From Chrysomallon squamiferum (taxonomy: Eukaryota > Animalia > Mollusca), in contig CM022667.1 in the NCBI GenBank assembly GCA_012295275.1, positions 11,594,001 through 11,658,000 of the forward strand: 64,000 nt of DNA, given 5' to 3'. Made by a program: the position numbers and the translations under genes. The first letter of the stretch is position 1, and every line of letters starts with the position of its first letter. Positions 31,360-44,243 of the stretch are shown here, in pieces. The notes below the pieces were generated by a model. It was not told the DNA's origin. It made no database searches and saw nothing but the letters and a program-made list of their open reading frames with translations.

Positions 31360-31425
<66 letters not shown>
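29750..31425. repeat. Compound (TC)n/(TG)n satellite punctuated by ctacgtctg and ctaggtctc
   Basis: 1.7 kb of TC/TG runs with recurring higher-order motifs. Confidence 0.95.
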
Positions 31426-31429
<4 letters not shown>

Positions 31430-31774
31430 ACTGGACATGATATTGTCTTCTTTCTTTTCATTTCTTCGTTTTCAGTAATCTTTATCAAATAGTTTGCCAA
31501 CTGTGGTTAATTTGTATTAATTTTCCTATTTTCCTTCATGTTCATGTTTGATTAAAATGTACAGTTTCTTCCAATATGTTTAAAACTTGGTTTCCTAGTA
31601 AGAAGCTAAGTCAAGTTTTACTCTGTTGCCTCACCAAATGAACCGAATTATAGCTGACAGATGCAAAACATATTCAAATTAAAATGAATAAACTTTAAAT
31701 AAGAATAATCAGTTCTGAGCGATTCAGTCGCATTACCATTATAACATAAGAAAGACAAATTAATATTAACCTAA

Positions 31775-31945
31775 TTAACAATACATTATTTGTCCATCCA
31801 TCAACATATATATCTGTTTGTCTGTCGGTCTGAAAGTTAATCAATCAGTGTATGAAAAATATTAATACAAAGACCGATGTCAGCATATTTTGTTGGCCTG
31901 TTTACGACAAAACGCTCACAGCGAAATCACATCAGAGATAGGTAC
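31775..31945. repeat. Inverted repeat arm (partner ~28980-29160)
   Basis: Reverse-complement match to 28980-29160. Confidence 0.8.
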
Positions 31946-34277
31946 AAATATGACTGAATACAGCTTATGACAAGGAAAATATCTGAAATATTTTATTGCT
32001 GTTGTTGTTGTTGTTTTAGTTGGAAGGGGTAGTGTTTATCATCGTTCTTTTTCAAACTATTTCCCAAGTTACATCACTTGATTATTTCCTTCAGAATTAT
32101 TCATTATTTCTTACCATTCAGTTTTACATTTTCACGCGTTATAATTCATTCCAATCAGACTTTTTTATTATTATTATTATTATTTGTTATCTAATACAGC
32201 TTTACAAACACGACGTATTAAAATCACCTGATCTTTGTTTCGTTCTTTATAAGGAAATGAATATAAAAGAGCTTTTTGCTGAGATCATTTTAAAACCATA
32301 TATTTTACGCAGTGAATTAAAGAAAAATATCTATCTGATTTATCGACAGATTTTATTCAGCAGATTTTAATCAGTTGCTGTGTCGCAGAGAGTTATCTTA
32401 AAACTAACAAGAAAGAAGTCTGTATATTTTTTAAACCTGCTAACCATAGATATTAAAATGTATGGGTGTCATTTCGGTGCATATATCTGTCTATGTGTGT
32501 GCATTTGCGTCTGGAAAGGACGTGCATTGCATAGACAGAAGTGCATCTCAGTGCATTAATGTATTTTTCTGCGATTGTGGGTTTTTTTTTTTTTTTTTTA
32601 CTTTTTTCACCTACGTATCTATCCATCATACAAGACTTGTCGTTTACGTCAAAAGTAAAATATGTCCGTTATGCAACAGCAACAGAAAATTAATCTGTTT
32701 TATCCAGTACTGTTCTGCGCAATAAAAAAAGAAAAAAAAAAGACAACCACCAACAAGAATGTATTTGTAATGTTGAAAATATCCCTTAATTAAGGAAAAA
32801 TGAAACAAAAATAGAATTTTTGAATAATAAAATATTTCAGGACGTGATCTTTTAGACTGACTTCAGACACATGCATTAAGATATCTTGACTTCATAATTC
32901 GTAATTTTCCCCTTTCAATGTAAAGTAACTATAAAATGCGTCGTTAACGAAACAATGTAATAAATAAAACATGCTGTTACTGCTGATTTATACTCCCGTA
33001 TCAGATGTCTTGTTACAGACTATTTCAGGTATTTCACCTTCAAGTATTCAAAACGTTTTGTGAGGTTACAGGGATCGCGTCTCGTTACTTGCAAGAGTTT
33101 AAATATAACGGTTGTAGAACGAAAAACGTGGATTAACCTGAATATACTTAGCATCAGAATAAACTATGAATAATTTACATACATACATACATATATAAAA
33201 CCATTATATATTGAAAGAAAAAAATGTGTGTTTGTGTTATTTTTCACGGTCTGAACTGATCACAAAGACAGATTTTTGCTGTGGGTTGACGTAGGATCAA
33301 ATCCCTATAGCAGATACAGTATTTAGCATCAGTCAATACAATTTAAGATAGAAAAAAAAGTCCAGGGACGCAGGTACCAGCACCAATGTCAGTCTGCAGT
33401 GCTAATAGGGCTTCTCAAAATAAAGCAACCTTGAATACAAACTCAATAAAATATATCCCTTAAATCCCTGGATAAAATAAAAAATAAACTGGAACTGTCG
33501 CTGATGTATGAGAAACATAGGACTGGGACGTTTTTATTAGCTTTTTCTTCCTTTTCTCTCTCACGACAGCAGCATTCCATTGTTTAATATTAGCATACCT
33601 TTCCATACTGACTCACCTCTGATAAACACCTGACGTAATGCGTGGCTTTAGTACGTTGTCAAACGTAGATGTAATAATACACATGTCACGCCAGTTACAT
33701 GTTTAATTACTGACGTACAGAGACACGCGTTTATATACACAAACACATGACAGACAGTCATAAAGAGATACTCATAGGTACTACGCACATACAACAAATG
33801 CACAAGCGTGAGTACGTAAGACACACGTACATACGTACACACACACAAACATACACACACACGCACATAAGCACACATACATATTTATACACATTTATAC
33901 CCAGAAACACTCTTATACACACAAATTCTTAAATTTCTTAACTTCTTCAAAAGATTTTAAGATGTAAAAGTTAACATATTCTTATTTTAAGTGCGTATAT
34001 CTATGATTATCCCATCCTAATATATATATATATATTTCATTATTTATTTAAATTGCGCTAAATATCATAATAATTATCCCCTCCTAATATAAAACTTTAA
34101 AAAAAAAAAAAACGTGGTGCTAAATATCATAATTTTATCATTAAAACAATTTCGCTATAAATTCACACATTTCTGCATAACAAAGTGTAAATTGACTCAT
34201 ATTTCAATGCTTTTTTCTTTCTTCGCGTAATTAATACCTTCTGTTTCGTAATTATTAATGTCTGCTGCATTTGAGAA

Positions 34278-34352
34278 TGTCGCCCGACATTTTTTCTGTG
34301 ATTTGTTTTTTGTAAATGGTTCCCCATACCTAGACTATAAAATGTGAGGAAA
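34278..34352 (+). promoter_or_regulatory. Conserved TATA promoter block of gene C
   Basis: tgtcgcccgacattt..gtgatttgtttt..tagactataaaatgtgaggaaa; TATAAA at 34336-34341, 73 nt before ATG 34409. Confidence 0.7.
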
Positions 34353-34408
34353 GAAATTCTCTCCTCACTTGAATCAAGTCGGTTTTTCGTTTGTCGACTC
34401 ATTGCGTT

Positions 34409-34611
34409 ATGTTCAGTCTTAAGTGTGCCGTGCTAGTCGTAAGTGCCTCGTTTTTGTAGATATTTGTGTTGTCACGTGACTCTTTCTGACTGTCCGCGTG
34501 TACACTTGTCTATCTGTTTGTCTGTTTCTTTGTGTGTTTCTCTCTATATATATATATGTGTGTCTGTTTCAGTCTATCAGTCTATCTATCTACTTATCTA
34601 TCCATCTTTCT

Positions 34612-34692
<81 letters not shown>

Positions 34693-34878
34693 ATGAATAT
34701 ATCCATCTATATGTGTATGTATATATATATATATATGTGTGTAGTTGTTTGTTGGTGTTTATATGTGTGTTTATATATATATATATATATGAATTTATAT
34801 ATATATATATATATGACACACATATACATACATACAAAACACAATATACATATATACAAACACACACACATACATACA

Positions 34879-34926
<48 letters not shown>

Positions 34927-35547
34927 AACACACACACACAGTGAGAGAAAGGCTATACACGTATATACGCACACACACACGCACATATACACATACACTA
35001 CATATTTTTCTTTCTTCATCCATCTTAGAAATAACTTTAAAACGAACACACATATTTGCATATATTAACATAACATTAGACATAAAAGGTACATAATAAT
35101 ATACCTAAACACATATATTAAAACTAACACATATATTTTAATTTTATATATTTTTACTTTATTAGCTGTTAGTTGTAACAGTGACGTGTGTGTTGTCAAA
35201 CAGAAGCGCAGCAGCAGGAAATGGACCAGCATCAAGAGACGGACCGGCGCCTCCAAAGAGTCGCGGACAAGGATCTGTACTGAAACAAACACCTCCTAAA
35301 CCAGAACCTAAACGTGTACTTGTTATAGGTAATCATTAACACACTAGTGTTTGTCCGTATAAGTTAAATAAAACAGCTGACAATAATGGAAGGAAAAAAA
35401 TATATATTGAATTGTTATTTTTTAAGTACTACTTTGTATTATTATTTATTTATTTTTCTCTTTTTATCATCATCATCATTATTATTATTATTGTTGTTGT
35501 TCTTATTGTTGTTGTTGTTGTTATTATTATTATTATTGTTGTTGTTG

Positions 35548-35582
<35 letters not shown>

Positions 35583-35789
35583 TTCTTGCAACAGGAATGA
35601 AAACCAAATTATGATTTCACTTAACTTTTGCTAATTTTTCTTATTCTTTATTTTATTCATTTAATAGCAGTTATTTCATTTTATTTACTTTATTTTATTA
35701 CTTTTAAGTATGTTTTTCATGCTGTTTTTTTATTAGTAGTAGTAGTAGCAATACTAGTAGTAGTAATAGTAATAGTAGTACAAATGGCG

Positions 35790-35829
<40 letters not shown>

Positions 35830-35973
35830 AAATAGCAGTAGTAGTAGCAGTTGTAGTAGAACGAGCATTTGGTATTATAGATCAAGGATTATAGTTATAT
35901 TTATTTATTATTGATTTATTTAATTATTTATTGATTTATTTCAATAGATGTTGAAGAAGATGATGATGATTAG
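34409..35973 (+). CDS. Gene C: small secreted Pro/Lys/Arg-rich protein with poly-acidic tail, ~72 aa, 3 exons
   Basis: Exons 34409-34438 (MFSLKCAVLV), 35166-35328 (LLVVTVTCVLSNRSAAAGNGPASRDGPAPPKSRGQGSVLKQTPPKPEPKRVLVI) and 35948-35973 (DVEEDDDD*). Phases 0 and 1; parallels gene B. Confidence 0.75.
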
Positions 35974-38212
35974 TTCCAAAGAGATACGCAGAATAACTTC
36001 CGGTAGCCATATTGGATTTCCTCGGACAAATGTTATTTTAAGCGAATATATTTATATTAATGGACCAGAAGAAGAAAAAAAAAGAAAAAAAACAGTTCCT
36101 GTAATTAGTGTCAACATACCTTTTCTGAGCTGACTAAGCAAGCATACTCAGCAAAAATCTATCAAGTAACTGTGACAAAGGGAGTTAACTGGTTATCGGT
36201 GACTGGAAAATATGCAAACAATTTAAAAATAAATGCGGTCTTTGTTTTTCCCGGTTACAGAAATAGAACATGACTGATTTGCTTTCATCTTTTGTAATTA
36301 AATGTGTGTTTTGTTTGTTTGACTGTATTTAACGTCATGTCATTTATTTTATTTTATTTTATTTTATTTTATTTTGTTTTGTTTTTGTTTTTTTGTGTTT
36401 TTTTAAATGTTTATTAATTTTATTAATTTTGTTTTTATTTTTTTTTTTTTTTTTTATTTGTATTAATTAATTTATTATTTCATTTACTTATACAAAACGA
36501 CAATGATATATGGTGCGTTTTATTATAACAATGTCATTTATTATCTTATAAACTGTAGCACCTAAATAACCTTCGTTAACGTTATAAAATAATAATAATA
36601 ATAATAATAAATATAAAAATAAATAAATAAAATTAATGAATATCTTTTCTCCATTACCACTAGCCTGTGGCTTTTTGATAATATTAAATAAATTATTTAA
36701 ATTTCGAACCTAATTTACATACCAACGATTAATCTGATTTCTTTTAAGACATCTTTGTCGTTAATAGGTTAAAATATTAACATTTGACCTACATTACGGA
36801 CACAGTTACGTCTGTTACCATCAACAGACGCTGATAAATGGATTGACCTCGTTTCACAAAGTATCTGTATTTGCTTTTGTTGTTTATCTAAACAAACAAA
36901 CAACTGACACACACAGCCAAGAGCAACGTGTGATTAATGCTCATGTAATTCATCAGACTGTGGTTTTTACCTTTATTAAAATTAACCAAATCTCCTAGCC
37001 TTTCTTTACCTGTAATCAGTTGTGTCTTTTTGTTTAGTTTTTTTTTCACATATATTAATTGTATGTACAGAGTGGCCCTAGTCCTACAGAAAGAACAGAT
37101 TACAGAGAGAAACATACTGACATACTTACAGATAGTTAGATACGTACATAGATACACATACATACATATATACGAACATACGTGCATGCATTTCTCTATA
37201 CATATGTAAATGCATACATTCCCACATACTCACACTCACACATACATATATAAAAAATACAAACATGCATACAGACACATGCAAACACATGCATACACAG
37301 ATAGACATATTCAGAGAGAAAAGAATAAGAATAATACATTTTAAAAAAAGAAGAAGATAATTTAAGATGTAATACATTATATAGAAATTGCTGAAAGAAA
37401 ATGACAATAATGACTGCAAGAAAAATGATTGAAATAAAAAAGAAGATTTATATTCTATTATACTCTAGTAATCTATCACTCGGAATTAGCAAAAACTACA
37501 ACTATGCTGGTAACGAAAGAGAAAAGAAAATCTATTAGGAAAACAAAAGAAAAAGGTAAAAGGAAAAAAAAGGGAAAAAAAAAGAAAAAGGTAAAAAAAA
37601 TAAAAAAAAGGAAAAAAGGAAAAAAAGAAAACAAAAATAAAAGAAAAAAGAAAAAACTAAAAGAAAACAAGAGAGGTTAAAAGAAAAATTAAACTAATTG
37701 AAAATACAATAATAAAACAACATTAAACGAAATGTTTAATAGAAAGTAACATTTTAAAACAATAATAATAACGTTTAGCTAAGATGACATGTGAGCTTTT
37801 ATTTTTTCACCCGAGGCACTTTCTTGTCGAGTAACGTTTACAGGGTCACGTGGGTCACAACGTTAAAACACGAGACTTGCTTAATTCCCGTCTTAATTTT
37901 AAAGATAATTTTTAACATTTATTATAAAGATAATTCTTAGCAGTTATTTTAAATGTAAGATTCCAATTGTTTGTTATAACCATACTTTTAATGTTTTTCT
38001 AAAAATTAAAATAGTTTTAGAGAGGAAAATGTGAATAATTAAATAAAAATAACTGAGAGACGCTTGTCAGTTTGAATTATTAGCAGTTGTAAGTTAAATT
38101 TGAAACGAAATAAAAAGAGATAGTTGAAACAAAATGTTCACATACAGGCTGCCCAAATAGACACGTTCCATTATGCACAGAGACACTCACACACACACAC
38201 ACACACACATAA

Positions 38213-38296
38213 AGAGAGACAGAGACATACAAACACGTCCTCAGAGACACATTCACACACACAAATAAACAAGCATGCATCATAATTACATCACTC

Positions 38297-38334
<38 letters not shown>

Positions 38335-38359
38335 GTGTGTGTATATGTGTGTATTTACT

Positions 38360-38409
<50 letters not shown>

Positions 38410-38775
38410 CCCAAGCAAACAAGGAAAAAATATTTGGGGTACATATGCATATTTTTCCACTGCAGGGCCAGGAAGGGTCTTTAACAATGAAAACGGACTT
38501 GTTCATAAATCAAGAACACATATATTTTTTTTTTTACCTGTGATATGAATGTTTTCCGGACTGTGGCGGCTTCTTCTTCTAAAATAGGTGACAACAGACG
38601 TGAGTGTGACAGAGTCGCATTCGTGAAAAAAACTCAAGATTTATGTGAGGTGTTAAAACGAAGAAAAACTGAACACGCTCCTTGTCGAGTGATGTAATTA
38701 TGATGCATGCTTGTTTATTTGTGTGAGTGTGAATCCGTCTCTGAGGACGTGTTTGTATGTCTCTGTCTCTCTCTA
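38213..38775. repeat. ~88-bp inverted repeat pair with ~385-bp spacer (MITE or fold-back)
   Basis: 38213-38299 (gagagacagagacatacaaacacgtcctcagagac..gcatgcatcataattacatcactcgac) is reverse-complementary to about 38683-38775. Confidence 0.8.
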
Positions 38776-39064
38776 TGTCGTTTGTGCATATACACAGGTA
38801 CATACACACTTCCAGGCATACGTTATAATGTATATATATGTGTGTGTGTGTTTCTGTGTATGTAAATTAATACGTAATATATATGTATGTAAGGGTTGTG
38901 AGCGTGCGTGTCTGCGTGTGTGTGAGCATACCTGTAAAATGAACTGATGTGTGGATATGCATATAATTGCATATGTATGGATATGTATATATCTATTATA
39001 TACTCATGCATGCTTATGTGTAGTGCATATTCTCTTTTGTTTGGATGTTGCATATGTGTATCTT

Positions 39065-39272
39065 AGGATTTTAAATATTCTCTGCCTTATGTACGTCTGA
39101 TTGGACTCTGCACACAGACATTATTCAGGAACCTCTGTGCGCAGGAGGACAAAGTCCAATCACGCCCTCATCCACCCACCCCCGGCAAATGGCGCTGATG
39201 AGACTCGAACGTATGGCACGCATTCGCCCGCACTTCAATGGCTGACGACGTTACCGTTCCACCATCGGGACA
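39065..39272 (-). mobile_element. tRNA-derived SINE-like element
   Basis: Minus strand starts gtcccgaTGGtggaacGG (A-box-like) and has GTTCGAGTC (B-box) in a GC-rich island; no clean cloverleaf. Confidence 0.55.
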
Positions 39273-40626
39273 AACATTAAAAATACGTTATAAAAATATG
39301 ACTTTCAGTTATATCTTTTCAATAATTTTAAGAATATTCTGAAATGTAACTCAACGAAGTAACAAGTATCAGCCTGAAAGTTCAGGATCAAAACTTATTG
39401 TTAGATTTTGAAACGAGAGCGTTCCATCATCTATTTTTGAAAAAAGCGACATTCTTAGTTTTATAAAATCAAAATTTTAGAAAATATATATATCCATTAT
39501 AAAAACTGCATCAGGGTCATTTAAATGAAGTTTAATTTGAATAAAATCAGTATCTACAAAACTAGGACTATTCTGTTATTAATATTTTATGTAAATGTTC
39601 AAATAAGCCAAACAGAATATATATATATATAACAGATAGATATTGTTTGTCCCAACTGTTAGCGTGAACGGGTATTTCTGAAACCAGAGATTTGAGTACA
39701 TGTGTACAATAGAGCATTTTCCTAAAACTCAGAATTACAACTCGGTAAAACTGTGCACTAGAAACCACAAAGTATTTGGATTCACAGTGGAATGTTGTTA
39801 AAAGAAAAAGAAAAAACATCTTGATATTTTAATTTTTTTTTTTTTTTTATCCCGTGTGACATATATTGTTTGTTAAATTTCATAAAATCTATTTTTAAAT
39901 TTAAACCTAGTTACAGAAAAAAAACAAAAAAAAAAATCCCTACAAAAAAACAAAAACAAATAAAATAAAACAAAAACAAAAACAAACAAAAAAAAATCTA
40001 ACAAACAAAAAAAAACCAAATTAAAATAAGCGAAGTCTTTGCGATGTTATAGGTTATATTTTTACACATTTAAGTGTTAAAATATTTCAATAACTGTGCA
40101 TTATTAAATTACATCATACACTACGCATACATCAATTTCATATACAAACAAAAGTGATTACTCATGATGTGTATTTATGTATTGTTAAACAGGGTAATTA
40201 TGACAATGTTGTTTATTCATTCATGTATTCAAATCAACAGGTCTGAATATGAAAAAAAAAAAAAAATAATAATAATAAAAAAATTAAAATGTCCCGGAAG
40301 AGCATTTTACCAGTGACCCTGTGTTTTAGCTGCAAATTTTAATTTGTCATAGCTCTGCGTACATCTGTCATACAGAGTGTCAAAAACAGGATCTAAAAGT
40401 TGCAGAATGTAACCAATTCCGTGAGGCTGGATTTTATGTGTTAACTTTACAGATCTTAAACACATAACCGGGTGATATACGATTTCCTTTGACAGTGTGT
40501 GTCTCTCACTTTTCAAAAATAAATAGCCCAAACTTTTTTCACATTAAAATGATTAATGTTCGCTGCCACTGTTTTTCATAGCTCTGCTATTTTCAGCAAG
40601 ATGGAGACATGAAGTGAGGCAGAGAG

Positions 40627-40632
40627 TATAAA
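40627..40632 (+). promoter_or_regulatory. Putative TATA box of gene D
   Basis: agagTATAAAttg, 58 nt before ATG 40685; similar context to the TATA boxes of genes B, C and F. Confidence 0.5.
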
Positions 40633-40684
40633 TTGTGCTGAGCATTTTTTCTGTCCTTATTTCGTTACAAACCTGTTTTCGAAG

Positions 40685-41566
40685 ATGCGGGTTTACTGCT
40701 TTCAGTGGGTCGCGGTTCTAGTGAGTAGAAATTAAATTTCAGTTTTTGTTCGTTCTTGCAACCCTGTCATCTAATCGAAATCCCTTATTTATTTTAATTT
40801 TTTTATTGATTTATTTACTTATTTTGTATTTATTTAATGTTTATTTTTTTATTTATTATTTGTTTTGTTTTTAAATTAAATAATTTATTTGTAATTTATT
40901 TTATTAATTAAGTAAGTAACTTTATTAATTACTTATTTATTTGTTTATTTATTTATTTATTTATTTTATTTAGTTACAGTTATATTGTTTAATTACCTAT
41001 TTAACATTATTTTCACTAATTTTATTATTTTCGTCTCAGCCCTGTCTAATGTAACAAAAACTAAAAACAAAATTATAATTAACAACAACAACAGCAATTA
41101 ATAAATAAATAAATAAATAAATAAACCCACCACTGTTATGATTTATCATCCAGACTTTATTTGCTGCAACTGTGATAGTTATCGCATTAGAAAATTTTAT
41201 TATTATTATTATTATTAACATTACTACTTTGACTACTACAAGTGCTGTTGCTAAATACAACAACAATAATAATAATAATAACTGTAATAAATAATAATAA
41301 TAATATTATTATTATTATTGTTATTGTTATTATTGTTGTTGTCGTTGTGTTATTTTTATTAGTATTAGTATATTTATTTATTTATTTATTTATTTGCTAT
41401 TACTACTACTATTATTACAGCCACCACAAGTAGTACTGCTACTACTATTACTACTACTACTGCCACCACTACTACTGCTGCTGCTGTTGCTACTACTACT
41501 ACTACTACTACCACTATGATTATTATTATTATTATTATTACTACTACCACTATTATTATTATTATA

Positions 41567-41638
<72 letters not shown>

Positions 41639-41943
41639 GTTATTATTATTATTATTACCAGTTCACAGTGTCGGCAGTGTTGGCTGTTCCTATAAATCGA
41701 GGAATAAAACCTGTACCCGGGGTAGAACCAATCTCACAGAACCTTGTAGACGGAAAAGGTAAATTTACGTTTCTGCCAACCTCTAGAATGAATTTGACAT
41801 TCGTGCAAAAAAAAAAGAAGTTAAACAAAATAAACAATGAATTCATAATAATATGTAAAAATTAGTAAAATAACTAGTAATGATAGTAATAACGATAATA
41901 AGAGGATAATGGTGATAAAGATAGTACTGATGATAATGATGAC

Positions 41944-41976
<33 letters not shown>

Positions 41977-43211
41977 AACAAAATAATAATTTATTTGTTT
42001 ATGGAAATACATTATAGGTCTTCAAGTACAAATAATTTTGATATTTATTGTAATATTTCAACCATAAACGAATTTGACAGAAATGATAATACTTATTTAA
42101 GCAAAAATGGGGAATGACCAACGATCATTTTTTCAAATTATTTTCAAAAGAAGGAAATAAAATGGCTTAGCTTCCAGACAGAATTTCATGAAACTAAATT
42201 TTGAGATGCCTCATTTTGTTGGACTTTGATAGTAGTTTTTTTTTCTACTACTTTTAACATGGCATTTGTGTTTTGCGACTCCTGTGAATTCAGTTATGCT
42301 TAAGCAAGGATTTGGTGAATAATGGTGATGGACTGATTCAAACAAATCCAGAGATAATCTGATAATGTTGAGCATTCTGTAAGAGTGGATATTCTCTGAG
42401 TGTTATTGTCTAAACTGAAATGTATGTGGTTATCTTGAAGTAATTATCCTTGAAGGACTAACCTTGGAAATAGAGACTACGTGTTTTCGGTTTTTTTAAG
42501 GAGTAATTGACAATTTACAACAGACTCAAAACAATAGACTCTCTGGCAAACGTATGTGCACAATTCTGGATTAATCCTTTGTCCTGTGTACAAAAAAAAT
42601 GTGAAGGTTAAAACGACGAGCGAAGACCACATAATGTCGATATACATCCCTGAAGTGTACACCTTGATGAATAGATTTAGTTAAAGCAATGGACTATGAT
42701 AGAATGTATTATTTATCAGAAACCTCTCTTGGAAAGAATTCTGTTTGGTCGACTAAGCAAGCATCAGGATTATTTGTTGGATCAAAGATTAAATAGTTTA
42801 TTATGAATAGGAGAGTTAACGTTTTATATTCTTGTCAGCCGTTTGATAACCGATTTCATGTTAGTTATGACGTTGCTTATTATTTCTTTTCCATTTTTTT
42901 TTCTTTCTTTTATCTTTCTTATTTTTATTTTAATATAGTCAATTTATTTTTAAAATCAAGAAGAAATACAGTAACACCAGTTGTTAAACATTTTCTTACA
43001 AAATAATTTTTCAGTTTACAAGCTAATGTGCAGCCCTTGTTAAATAGACAATCTAACCGATATGTCAACTGCAATTATTTCAGATTAAGATTCAAAATCC
43101 GATCATAACAATTAAGAATATTCAGTAAAGTGTGACATTGGTTTTATTATGAAATTTAAAATAAATAAATAAACAAACAAATATGTAATAATATTAATAA
43201 TAATAATAATC

Positions 43212-43271
<60 letters not shown>

Positions 43272-44127
43272 GATCGAATAATTCCTAAAAGAAAAAAAGA
43301 AAGAAAGAAAGAAAGAAGTTTTAATAATTTAAATGTCTTCCTCTGACAGCTGAAACAGTTTTACCTCTCTGAAAAAAAAGAAAATCCATTATAATATCCA
43401 GTACTATTACTATCATCATCACGATCATCACTGTCATTTTAATAATAATAATAATACTATTATCATCATCATCACTAAATTGATCATATTTGTCATCAAC
43501 ATAATCTTCATCACTATCATTATTGTTGTTGTTATATTATCATCACCATAATCATCATCGTCAACAACAACAACAAAATCATCATCAGTAAGACAATCAA
43601 TAAGGTCTTCATAAACACCCCTCTTCATTTACTTCCCAGTTGACTATCTAGGCGGCGAAGGCAGCAAAGGTTATGGAATACAGCAACAGCAGGACGTCCA
43701 ACAAGATGTCACTGGAGACTTACTAGACGTCACTGGTCAGGACGTGGGCGGTGGACAGCAGAAAAACGAAAGTGAAAAGCAGACGGTGGACGGGAAGAAT
43801 GCTGGCGATGACAGTGATGAAGTCACTGGGCAAGAACAAGGAGTTAGCCAGAACGAGACAGGTGCAGCAGATCAGCAAACTGGTGGTCGACAAAAAAACA
43901 TACGGCTTGATTCCGAGCGATCACCGCGCAATGAACAAGAGGTTGGCATCCAGTCAAAAGGCCAGCAGTCGAATGACACTCAACAGATGGGAGATCAGCA
44001 AAGAGGCGATAGCCAACAACCAGCCATAGACAAAGGTAATAGTATTTCTTGTTTCCAAACTTAATTTTTTGTAAGAAAACGTTAAGATAAAAATGAAAAT
44101 TTTAATATATTAAACAGCACCAAGATA

Positions 44128-44208
<81 letters not shown>

Positions 44209-44210
44209 TA

Positions 44211-44243
<33 letters not shown>

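Noticed and set aside
29644-31500. Many SL/CV-rich ORFs
   Set aside because: Translations of the TC/TG satellite.
39190-39272. Functional tRNA gene
   Set aside because: A and B boxes are present but there is no convincing cloverleaf; treated as a SINE head.
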